A stretch of DNA of 64,000 nt. Source: Eledone cirrhosa (taxonomy: Eukaryota). Under the pieces are notes generated by a model, which worked only from the letters and a program-made list of their open reading frames with translations, did not search any database and was not told the DNA's origin. The position numbers were made by a program, and so were the translations under genes. Of this stretch, positions 38,239 to 50,660 are shown in pieces; position 1 is the first letter of the stretch; the number at the start of each line of letters is the position of its first letter. Where the stretch lies: positions 6,510,001 to 6,574,000 of the forward strand of contig OZ024764.1 of assembly GCA_964016885.1 (NCBI GenBank). The letters run 5' to 3'.

Positions 38239-41200
38239 TTACATTACTCTATATATACTATTGTATTGTCACAGTAAAGGCTTTACCTCACATAATATCT
38301 CACATAACATTTACATTACTCTATATATACTATTGTATTGTCACAGTAAAGGCTTTACCTCACATAATATCTCACATAACATTTACATTACTCTATATAT
38401 ACTATTGTATTGTCACAGTAAAGGCTTTACCTCACATAATATCTCACATAACATTTACATTACTCTATATATACTATTGTATTGTCACAGTAAAGGCTTT
38501 ACCTCACATAATATCTCACATAACATTTACATTACTCTATATATACTATTGTATTGTCACAGTAAAGGCTTTACCTCACATAATATCTCACATAACATTT
38601 ACATTACTCTATATATACTATTGTATTGTCACAGTAAAGGCTTTACCTCACATAATATCTCACATAACATTTACATTACTCTATATATACTATTGTATTG
38701 TCACAGTAAAGGCTTTACCTCACATAATATCTCACATAACATTTACATTACTCTATATATACTATTGTATTGTCACAGTAAAGGCTTTACCTCACATAAT
38801 ATCTCACATAACATTTACATTACTCTATATATACTATTGTATTGTCACAGTAAAGGCTTTACCTCACATAATATCTCACATAACATTTACATTACTCTAT
38901 ATATACTATTGTATTGTCACAGTAAAGGCTTTACCTCACATAATATCTCACATTATATTTACATTACTCTATATATACTATTGTATTGTCACAGTAAAGG
39001 CTTTACCTCACATAATATCTCACATAACATTTACATTACTCTATATATACTATTGTATTGTCACAGTAAAGGCTTTACCTCACATAATATCTCACATAAC
39101 ATTTACATTACTCTATATATACTATTGTATTGTCACAGTAAAGGCTTTACCTCACATAATATCTCACATAACATTTACATTACTCTATATATACTATTGT
39201 ATTGTCACAGTAAAGGCTTTACCTCACATAATATCTCACATAACATTTACATTACTCTATATATACTATTGTATTGTCACAGTAAAGGCTTTACCTCACA
39301 TAATATCTCACATAACATTTACATTACTCTATATATACTATTGTATTGTCACAGTAAAGGCTTTACCTCACATAATATCTCACATAACATTTACATTACT
39401 CTATATATACTATTGTATTGTCACAGTAAAGGCTTTACCTCACATAATATCTCACATAATATATACATTACTCTATATATACTATTGTATTTTCACAGTA
39501 AAGGCTTTACCTCACATAGTATCTCACATAACATTTACATTACTCTATATATACTATTGTATTTTCACAGTAAAGGCTTTACCTCACATAATATCTCACA
39601 TAACATTTACATTACTCTATATATACTATTGTATTTTCACAGTAAAGGCTTTACCTCACATAATATCTCACATAACATTTACATTACTCTATATATACTA
39701 TTGTATTTTCACAGTAAAGGCTTTACCTCACATAATATCTCACATAACATTTACATTACTCTATATATACTATTGTATTTTCACAGTAAAGGCTTTACCT
39801 CACATAATATCTCACATAACATTTACATTACTCTATATATACTATTGTATTTTCACAGTAAAGGCTTTACCTCACATAATATCTCACATAACATTTACAT
39901 TACTCTATATATACTATTGTATTTTCACAGTAAAGGCTTTACCTCACATAATATCTCACATAACATTTACATTACTCTATATATACTATTGTATTGTCAC
40001 AGTAAAGGCTTTACCTCACATAATATCTCACATAACATTTACATTACTCTATATATACTATTGTATTTTCACAGTAAAGGCTTTACCTCACATAATATCT
40101 CACATAACATTTACATTACTCTATATATACTATTGTATTTTCACAGTAAAGGCTTTACCTCACATAATATCTCACATAACATTTACATTACTCTATATAT
40201 ACTATTGTATTTTCACAGTAAAGGCTTTACCTCACATAATATCTCACATAACATTTACAGTACTCTATATATACTAGGCGCGGCAGACCGTCGAGGTATG
40301 GATTGAAATCCATAGTCTCACCCGGCGCGCCGCCCCTCTCGAACAGTCGTGCAAAGTGCCGCTGAAAGGCCGCACACATCTGCCCAGGTTCAAGGATCAC
40401 ACGCCCATCCTGGTCCTTCAAAGACCGAATCGTGGACTTGTTCCCACTTTTTGCCTCTGTCACTCGGGCCCAGCTCACAGCTTTGGCTCCCTCATTACCC
40501 AGAGCACGTATTTTACTCCTGACAACGCAGCCTTCATGCTTCACCTCAAAGAACTGGTCTAAGGCCATTCCTGATGCCAGCACGCCGGCTACATTGCCAC
40601 TCCTAATCGCCTCTTCTACTCTATCTACTAATTCCCTTTCCGTCTTGTTCCTATCCCTTGCTAATTCCTGACTAAAACCTATCGATTCTATTCTAATTGC
40701 TCTCTTAAGAGAGCTCCACCACCTGTTGTTGACAATTGCCCCTGTCAAACTCTGCTTAACTAACGTGCTAATCCGTTTACTGTAAGCTTTGCTTCTCGGT
40801 AAGGACAAGTTCAGCTTCCAGTAACCGGGTCCCTGTCTATGGGTTCTATCAAGGTTGGCTATGCAGGTCACTAACTTGTGATCCGAATAGTCAACCATGA
40901 ACATTTTTGGACAGTTAAATGTGTCCCTATCGTTCTCTCTAACTAGGACCCTATCTAGGTACGACCTAGATGTTCCACTGCGATTGGTCCACGTCCATAG
41001 TGGTACACGAAACCGTTGCGCACGCATTCGTACACTGCCCAGGCATTGCTGACCTGTGGGGCTATGTGGAACGACTGCTGTCGAGGGTGGGACCAATCCG
41101 GTTGACCACCGAGTCCATTGTCACGATCAAACCGCCTCCCCCCTTCAAAAACGAAGGAGAGGCGGTTTTTCTCTGTGTGGTAGCCATGGCTAAAGAAGTT

Positions 41201-43645
41201 GTATGGTGGACGAGGCTGAAAGGGCTGAGGTCAGACACCTTTCTCTCCGGCCAACAACTGGTCCCCTTTTTCAAATACCATTTTAAAAGAAGGATCAGAA
41301 TGGAGAGAGAGGTGCTCTACCCCAGCAAGTTTTATGAAAGGTGGGTGAAAGTAGGGAGAATGGCCAGAGTGAATGGGTCTTCTCTCTATATCAGCCTGTA
41401 GGTGAAAGAAGAGGAAAAAGAGGAGACGAGGGAAGCACCTACTCTTTGTGCTCCTGAGGAGAAGGGTTACACATTTTTTCCGGGGTGTGTGCGACCCATG
41501 TTAATGCCCCCTCCCTATTGAGGACTTCGTTTGTTGTTGTTATTTCATTGTTATATTTTTGTACTCGTTAATTATATGTAAACTTCCCCCCTTGTATCTG
41601 TCCCTACCTTTTGTGCCCTAGTGGCAAATAAAGAAACCACTCTATATATACTATTGTATTTCCACAGTAAAGGCTTTACCTCACATAATACCTCACATAA
41701 CATTTACATTACTCTATATATACTATTGTATTTTCACAGTAAAGGCTTTACCTCACATAATATCTCACATAACATTTACATTACTCTATATATACTATTG
41801 TATTGTCACAGTAGAGGCTTTACCTCACATAATATCTCACATAACATTTACATTACTCTATATATACTATTGTATTTTCACAGTAAAGGCTTTACCTCAC
41901 ATAATATCTCACATAACATTTACATTACTCTATATATACTATTGTATTTTCACACTAAAGGCTTTACCTCACATAATATCTCACATAACATTTACATTAC
42001 TCTATATATACTATTGTATTTTCACAGTAAAGGCTTTACCTCACATAATATCTCACATAACATTTACATTACTCTATATATACTATTGTATTTTCACACT
42101 AAAGGCTTTACCTCACATAATATCTCACATAACATTTACATTACTCTATATATACTATTGTATTTTCACACTAAAGGCTTTACCTCACATAATATCTCGC
42201 ATAACATTTACATTACTCTATATATACTATTGTATTTTCACAGTAAAGGCTTTACCTCACATAATATCTCACATAACATTTACATTACTCTATATATACT
42301 ATTGTATTGTCACAGTAAAGGCTTTACCTCACATAATATCTCACATAACATTTACATTACTCTATATATACTATTGTATTGTCACAGTAAAGGCTTTACC
42401 TCACATAATATCTCACATAACATTTACATTACTCTATATATACTATTGTATTTTCACAGTAAAGGCTTTACCTCCCATAATATCTCACAAAACATTTACA
42501 TTACTCTATATATACTATTGTATTGTCACACTAAAGGCTTTACCTCCCATAATATCTCACATAACATTTACATTACTCTATATATACTATTGTATTGTCA
42601 CAGTAAAGGCTTTACCTCACATAATATCTCACATAACATTTACATTACTCTATATATACTATTGTATTTTCACAGTAAAGGCTTTACCTCACATAATATC
42701 TCACATAACATTTACATTACTCTATATATACTATTGTATTGTCACACTAAAGGCTTTACCTCCCATAATATCTCACATAACATTTACATTACTCTATATA
42801 TACTATTGTATTGTCACACTAAAGGCTTTACCTCACATAATATCTCACATAACATTTACATTACTCTATATATACTATTGTATTTTCACAGTAAAGGCTT
42901 TACCTCACATAATATCTCACATAACATTTACATTACTCTATATATACTATTGTATTTTCACAGTAAAGGCTTTACCTCACATAATATCTCACATAACATT
43001 TACATTACTCTATATATACTATTGTATTGTCACACTAAAGGCTTTACCTCACATAATATCTCACATAACATTTACATTACTCTATATATACTATTGTATT
43101 TTCACAGTAAAGGCTTTACCTCACATAATATCTCACATAACATTTACATTACTCTATATATACTATTGTATTGTCACACTAAAGGCTTTACCTCCCATAA
43201 TATCTCACATAACATTTACATTACTCTATATATACTATTGTATTGTCACACTAAAGGCTTTACCTCACATAATATCTCACATAACATTTACATTACTCTA
43301 TATATACTATTGTATTTTCACAGTAAAGGCTTTACCTCACATAATATCTCACATAACATTTACATTACTCTATATATACTATTGTATTTTCACAGTAAAG
43401 GCTTTACCTCACATAATATCTCACATAACATTTACATTACTCTATATATACTATTGTATTGTCACACTAAAGGCTTTACCTCACATAATATCTCACATAA
43501 CATTTACATTACTCTATATATACTATTGTATTGTCACAGTAAAGGCTTTACCTCACATAATATCACACATAACATTTACATTACTCTATATATACTATTG
43601 TATTGTCACACTAAAGGCTTTACCTCACATAATATCTCACATAAC
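38239..43645 (+). repeat. 60-bp satellite array (about 67 units) split by a LINE insertion
   Basis: Units at 38239-40276 and 41639-43645. Confidence 0.97.
40277..41638 (+). mobile_element. 5'-truncated, 5'-inverted Tx1/L1-like LINE
   Basis: 40277-~41006 on the minus strand encodes an APE endonuclease C-terminus (TWTN...SYLDRVL...SDHKLV...GPGYWKLN). ~41007-41401 on the plus strand encodes a zinc-knuckle C-terminus (ETVAHAFVHCP). The 3' UTR ends in AATAAAGAAAC. Flanking 15-bp duplication ACTCTATATATACTA. Confidence 0.9.
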
Positions 43646-44186
43646 TACCACCTTCATTACTACAACCACTACAACAATCACTACTACCACCTTCACCACT
43701 ACACACCACTGCAACAGGCACTACAGCCTCCACCACACACCACTACTACCACCTTCACCATTACCTACATTATCATTACCACTACAACCACTACTACCAC
43801 CACACGACACCACTACTATTATCTCTACTACAATCACCACTATCACTATTACCACTACCTACACTACCACTACCGTACCAACCACTACACAACCACCACT
43901 ATTACTATTATCTACATTACCACTACAACCACCACACACCACCACTACTACTATTACCTCTACTGTACCAACCACTACACAACCACCACTATTACTATTA
44001 CCACTATCTACACTACCACCATCACACACCACCACCACCACTACTACTATTACCTCTACTGTACCAACCACTACACAATACCACCACTACTACTATTACC
44101 TCTACTGTACCAACCACTACTACTATTACCTCTACTGTAGCCATCTTTTTAACGATATAACTCAGGTGTGTTTTAACCTTTTCCAG

Positions 44187-44240
44187 GTATAAAGAAACAG
44201 CCCACAGACAGTGTGTTAAAGGAACCTTACACAAAGCCAG
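44187..44240 (+). CDS. cut: cut exon J (54-nt symmetric exon): SIKKQPTDSVLKEPYTKP
   Basis: ttccag| and ag|gtaatc; phase 1 to 1, open frame, unique sequence between repeats. No homology support. Confidence 0.6.
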
Positions 44241-44241
44241 G

Positions 44242-44317
<76 letters not shown>

Positions 44318-44379
44318 CTCTCTGTCTGTCTCTCTCTTTGTCTGTCTATCTCTCTCTCTCACTCTATCTATCTATCTAT

Positions 44380-45496
44380 TTGACCATCGTGCCTTGTCCA
44401 GCCAAAACGCTCACCAAGATGGAGCGTGCGCTCTTCCAATTCCTTTGGTGAGAAGATCCATCTGCTGCCAACGCCCTTCCAGCGGAGGGCTGGGGATGCC
44501 GTGGCTGACGATGCGCAAACACGCGCTCAGGCTGCGGCATCTCTACGTATTCCTCATCGGACAACCGGTGTGGGCCACGTTCGTGAGGCGAGCCTTCCCA
44601 CGACTCGTCTCGCTGACCGAGCTGCAGTCCTGGGTCAAGCAAAGACCGAGGAAAATGGGCGACTGGCACATTGAATGTGCTCAGGCACTCACAGCCCTCT
44701 GGCAGGCGGACCCGGCGATCAGTGGACACTCCACCTCGTCATTCTATAGAGGGTTGGTCCGCAGCAAGTGCGACGACACGCTCGGAGAAGCTCTACCAGT
44801 TCGAGACAGACTCTACCGACATGGGCGCCCGGGCAGGGACCCTTCGAAAAAGATCTGTCCAAGATGTGTGCGAGACGAAGAAACCGTCGCGCACGCATTC
44901 ATACACTGCCCGGGCGTTACCGACCTGGAGGCTATGTAGAACGACTATTGTCGCGGGTGGGACCAATCCAGTTGACCACCGAGTCCATTGTCATGATCAA
45001 ACCGCCACCCTCCTTCAAAAACAAAGGAGAGGCGGTTTTCCTTTGGGTGATAGCTATGGCGAAAGAGGTTATGTGGTGGACAAGGTTGAAAGGGCTGAGG
45101 TCAGACACCTTTCTCTCCAGCCAACACCTGATCCTTTTTTTTCAAATACCACTTTGGAAGAAGAATCAGGATGGAGAGAGAGGTGCTGTACCCCAGCAAG
45201 TTTTGTGAAAGTGGCGAGAATGGCCCGAGTGAATGGGCCTTCTCTTATATCAGCTGTAGGTTGAGGAAAAAGACGAAGAGAGGAAAGGGGTACAAACTCT
45301 TCGTACTCCTGGAGATGAGGGTTGCACATTTTTTCGGGGGTATGTGTTACCCATATGAAATGTCTCCCCCTATTGGGGAAAATCGATTAACTTTTAAATT
45401 GCATTTGTGATAACATTTTACACGTTTTTATTGTATGTAAACTTCCCCCTTTGTATTTGTCCCCTTCTTTTGTGCCCCTGTGGCTAATAAAGAAAC
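44380..45496 (+). mobile_element. second 5'-truncated, frameshifted copy of the same Tx1/L1-like LINE family
   Basis: FQFLW...GGLGMP...CPRC...EETVAHAFIHCP; 3' end AATAAAGAAAC; flanked by (TCTA)n/(TC)n. Confidence 0.88.
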
Positions 45497-45541
45497 ATAT
45501 CTATCTGTCTGTATACATATATATATATATATATATGTGAC

Positions 45542-45790
45542 GGCGCATGGTTTAGTGGTTAGAGCATTGGGCTTTCAATCGAAAGGTTGTGAGTTTAATT
45601 CTCGGATCGGGCGATGTGTTGTTTCCTTGAGCAAGACACTTTATTTTCACGTCACTCCAGTTTACTCAGCTGTAGAAATTAGTACCGCCCTGCCCGCCCA
45701 CCCAGTGGGATGGCGTTTTCTTATGGCTAAAACAGCACAACGTGCTGTGACCAGTGGCACCGATTGGCGCCTGACAGGCTGGTCGGTCAA
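45542..45790 (+). mobile_element. SINE family 1 variant (same head and core, different tail)
   Basis: The tRNA head and core match; sequence after GTAGAAAT differs. Confidence 0.8.
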
Positions 45791-45831
45791 GAAAAAAAAA
45801 ATATATATATATGTCATTTCATTTCATTTCA

Positions 45832-46156
45832 CTTTACGTCCGCTTTTTCCCTGCTTGCAAGGGTGGGACGGGAACTGATTCTGGCTTGATTTCTACAGCT
45901 GGATGCCCTTCCTAACACCAACCTCATTTACAGTGAGTGCTGGGTGCTTTTTTGCCGTGGCACCTCCACGACCACTTTGCAGTGGAATGATATGGACCCC
46001 AGTCCCTATCATCTCATTTCTACAGCTGAGTAAACTGGAACAATGTGAAATAAAGTGTCTTGCTCAAGGAAACAACACATCACCCGGTCTGATAATTGAA
46101 CTCACAACCTTTCGATTGCAAGGCCAATGCTCTAACCACTAAGCCATGTGCCTCCA
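45832..46156 (-). mobile_element. SINE family 1, full-length copy
   Basis: Near-identical to 9848-10169. Confidence 0.88.
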
Positions 46157-46525
46157 TATATATATAAGAATTAAAATACTAGAGTGTGTTGGAGTTAAAC
46201 ACCCTCTTCATATTATAGAAATGACAGTATAAGATATAGCTCAATGTAATTAAACAGAGCCGAAGAATTTATAATTTTTTATAATTTTTATATATATATA
46301 TATATATATATATTGATCTATCTATCTCTCTAGCAAGGTTATCTTTGCCATTCATCCTTACGGGTTCAATAAAATAAAGTACCAGTAATGCACTGGGGTC
46401 AATTTAGTCAACTTTTCTCCTTCTCCAAAATTGTTGGCCTTGTATCTAAATGAGAACTATTGCTACTGTTATTACTATCTGAACTATTGCTGTTGTTGTT
46501 ATTACAGAATTGTTGCCTGTTTCAG

Positions 46526-46641
46526 CAGGATCTCATGGTTTGATCACCAGTTCTCACAGGGAAGACTCAGCCACTGAGGAACGCATTAACCAAATACTCA
46601 GTGCAGCTCAACATGCCATGAAGATGAAGACATCTGACCAT
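46526..46641 (+). CDS. cut: cut exon K: (A)GSHGLITSSHREDSATEERINQILSAAQHAMKMKTSDH
   Basis: ttcag|cag acceptor and |gtgagt donor; phase 1 to 0. EERINQILSAAQ resembles the post-CUT1 helix (CUX1 DEAIKSILEQAK). Confidence 0.85.
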
Positions 46642-46644
46642 GTG

Positions 46645-47258
46645 AGTATTGAGTACAGCCAATCACATGACACCACTGGGTTTGGTGGTGGTGGTGGTCA
46701 TATGTGCCTGTTGAAGTGTTTTAGCCAATCACACGACACCGCTGGGTTTGGTGGTCACATGTCTGTTGAAGTATTCTAGCCAATCACACGACACCGCTGG
46801 GTTTAGTGGTCACATGTTTGTTGAAGTATTTTAGCCAATCACACGACACCGCTGAGTTTGGTGGTGGTCACATGTCTGTTGAAGTATTCTAGCCAATCAC
46901 ACGACACCGCTGGGTTTAGAGGTCACATGTCGGTTGAAGTACTTTAGCCAATCACACGACACCGCTGAGTTTGGTGGTGGTCACATGTCTGTTGAAGTAC
47001 TTTAGCCAATCACACGACACCGCTGGGTTTGGTGGTGGTCACATGTGTCGGTTGAAGTATTTTAGCCAATCACACGACACCGCTGGGTTTGGTGGTGGTC
47101 ACATGTGTCGGTTGAATTATTTTAGCCAATCACATGACACCGCTGAGTTTGGTGGTCACATGTGTCGGTTGAAGTACTTTAGCCAATCACACGACACCGC
47201 TAGGTTTGGTGGTGGTCACATGTGTCGGTTGAAGTATTTTAGCCAATCACACGGCACC
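46645..47258. repeat. 55-60-bp minisatellite with AGCCAATCA in all 11 units
   Basis: Unit TTGAAGTATTTTAGCCAATCACACGACACCGCTGGGTTTGGTGGTGGTCACATGTGTCGG. Confidence 0.95.
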
Positions 47259-47302
47259 AGACACATAACGAAACTTTCATCACTTTTTTCTTATTACATA
47301 TA

Positions 47303-47870
47303 TAGAATAGAATTAGGGTTTAGCTTCAGCCATAGCTTTATACAGATATGTATTGAAATTTCGTATTTTTAAAGAAACACGGTATGTTTATAGATAAACA
47401 TTTAGAAAGCCGTAGCTATGCAAAACACCGGGCTAACGCCCTCTGGTGGTGTCTAGGAGATTTCGCATAGCTACAGCTTTCTAAATGTTTATCTATAAAC
47501 ATACCGTGTTTCTTTAGAAATATGAAATTTCTATACATAACTGTATACAGCTATGCTTGAAGCTAAATCCTAATTCTATTCTATTCCAAGTTGAGCCAAC
47601 TTATGCAGCTTTATATGCAAATGAGATTAATCACCTCATTTACACAGACGAGAAAACTATATTCTCGACTCTTTTCAAGTCCAGCAGTTGCAAGCATGGG
47701 AGTGATCATCTTGATGGGAACCAGTTAAGTTCGAAATGCATCGATGATTGTCCCCCTTGCTTTTGCTGGACACCACCAGAGGGCGTTAGCTCCAGTGTTT
47801 TACATAGCCACGGCTTTCTAAATGTTTATCTGTAAACATACCATGTTTCTTTAGAAATACAACATTTCAA
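47303..47870. mobile_element. inverted-repeat element (probable Penelope-like terminal repeat) with a degenerate hammerhead at 47705-47748
   Basis: 47303-47425 is inverted against 47461-47585, and 47355-47453 against 47769-47870. Hammerhead AUCAUC-UUGAUGG-GAAC(CAGUUAA)GUUC-GAAA-UGCA-UC-GAUGAU. Confidence 0.6.
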
Positions 47871-47901
47871 TATATATACGCACATACATTTATATATATA
47901 T

Positions 47902-47932
<31 letters not shown>

Positions 47933-48025
47933 CATACGCTCATACATATATATATATGTATGTGTGTGTATATATATATATATATATATACATATACATA
48001 TGCTCATACATATTTATATATATAT

Positions 48026-48058
<33 letters not shown>

Positions 48059-48156
48059 CATACATATGCTCATACATATATATATATGTATGTGTGTGTA
48101 TATATATATACATATACATATGCTCATACATATTTATATATATATGTATGTGTGTA

Positions 48157-48188
<32 letters not shown>

Positions 48189-48217
48189 CATATGCTCATA
48201 CATATTTATATATATAT

Positions 48218-48252
<35 letters not shown>

Positions 48253-48279
48253 CATACACACATACATATATATATATAT

Positions 48280-48330
<51 letters not shown>

Positions 48331-48682
48331 TAAACGGAATAGAAAATGCTGACAAATTGTTCACAGTTGAAAAATGGTTTAATTAGGAATAAAAGAGTAT
48401 TAGTGATTGTATGGGTTAGTATTCAGTTGTGGTTTTAAGTTTTTAAGTTTTTACCGGTTGCGCATTTCTAAATGCTTTTCAAAAATAATTTTGAGATAGA
48501 GTGTCCGTGCTGTTTGCTCTGATCTGATTAGTTTTGGGAATTCTACCTGTTTTTATGTTAAAAAAGTGGCTCCAGCGTTATTTTTGTGTTGCAAAAATGC
48601 TTGTGGTCAAAACAATTTTGATTGGTCGGTAGAGGTCATATACATACATATACATACTCATACATATTTATATATATATGTA

Positions 48683-48716
<34 letters not shown>

Positions 48717-48734
48717 CATACACTCTTACATATT

Positions 48735-48780
<46 letters not shown>

Positions 48781-48805
48781 CATATGCTCATATATATATA
48801 TATAT

Positions 48806-48856
<51 letters not shown>

Positions 48857-48886
48857 CATACTCATACATATTTATATATATAGGTA

Positions 48887-48934
<48 letters not shown>

Positions 48935-48980
48935 CACTCTTACATATATATATATATGTATGTGTGTGTATATATATGTA

Positions 48981-49027
<47 letters not shown>

Positions 49028-49097
49028 ATGTGTATATATATGTATGTATGTATGTATAATCCATGATATATAATATTTTACTTGCTCTTCCCCGCAG

Positions 49098-49190
49098 GGC
49101 AAATCTTTCTCTGGTATCCAACACCCCAACCAGCAACGATCACCTTCCGTCGTACATGATTTAACCACAAATCTAAGTCACCAGTTGCAG
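49098..49190 (+). CDS. cut: cut exon L: [31 protein letters not shown]
   Basis: ccgcag| and cag|gtaagg; 93 nt, phase 0 to 0, open frame. No homology support. Confidence 0.72.
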
Positions 49191-49209
49191 GTAAGGACTT
49201 AACTCTCTT

Positions 49210-50478
49210 CTCTACACACCTGGGCATATCCCTACACACCTGGGCACACCTCTACACACCTGGGCATATCCCTACACACCTGGGCACACTTTTACACACC
49301 TAGGCACACTTCTACACACCTAGGCACACCTCTACACACCTGGCCATATCTCTATACACCTGGGCACACCTCTACACACCTGGGCATATCTCTATACACC
49401 TGGGCACACCTCTACACACCTGGGCATATCCCTACACACCTGGGCATATCCCTACACACCTGGGCACACCTACACACCTGGGCATATCCCTACACACCTG
49501 GGCACACCTCTACACACCTGGGTACACTTCTGCACACCTGGGCATATCCCTACACACCTGGGCACACTTCTACACACCTGGGCACACCTCTACACACCTG
49601 GGCACACCTCTACACACCTGGGCATATTCCTACACACCTGGGCACACTTCTACACCTGGGCACACCTCTACACACCTGGGCATATCCCTGCACACCTGGG
49701 CACACTTCTACACACCTGGGCACACCTCTACACACCTGGGCACACCTCTACACACCTGGGCATATTCCTACACACCTGGGTACACTTTTACACACCTGGG
49801 CACACTTCTACACACCTGGGCACACCTGTACACACCTGGGCATATCCCTGCACACCTCTACACACCTGGGCACACCTCTACACACCTGGGCATATCCCTA
49901 CACACCTGGGCACACTTCTACACACCTGGGCACACCTCTACACACCTGGGCACACTTCTACACACCTGGGCACACCTCTACACACCTGGGCACACTTCTA
50001 CACACCTGGGCACACCTCTACACACCTGGGCATATCTCTACACACTTGGGCACACCTCTACACACCTGGGCATATCCCTACACACCTGGGCATATCTCTA
50101 CACACCTGGGCACACCTCTACACACCTGGGCATATCCCTACACACCTGGGCATATCCCTACACACCTGGGTACACCTCTACACACCTGGGCACATCCCTA
50201 CACACCTGGGCACACCTCTACACACCTGGGCATATCCCTACACACCTGGGCACACCTCTACACACCTGGCCATATCTCTATACACCTGGGCATATCTCTA
50301 CACACCTTGGCACACCTCTACACACCTGGGCACACCTCTACACACCTGGGCACATCTCTACACACCTCTACACACCTGGGCATATCTCTACACACCTGGG
50401 CACATCTATACACACCTCTGCACACCTGGTCATATCTCTACACACATGGGCATATCTCTACACACCTGACACACCTCA
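49210..50478. repeat. 20-bp minisatellite CTACACACCTGGGCACACCT / CTACACACCTGGGCATATCC
   Basis: About 60 copies filling most of the L-M intron. Confidence 0.96.
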
Positions 50479-50660
50479 AAATCACCTCCAATCTCACCAC
50501 TACCACCACCATCACCAACACCACCACCACCAACACCACCAACAACACTACCTCCAACACCACCACCATCACCAAACCACCAACACTACCTCCAACACCA
50601 CCACCAACCACAGCCCCACCGCCACCTCATTAATCCCTTGTTCCTCTTCTCTATCACCAG

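Noticed and set aside
11985-44140. Long ORFs of 316-839 aa with 20-aa periodicity
   Set aside because: They are stop-free frames of the 60-bp satellite, present in both orientations and in two frames.
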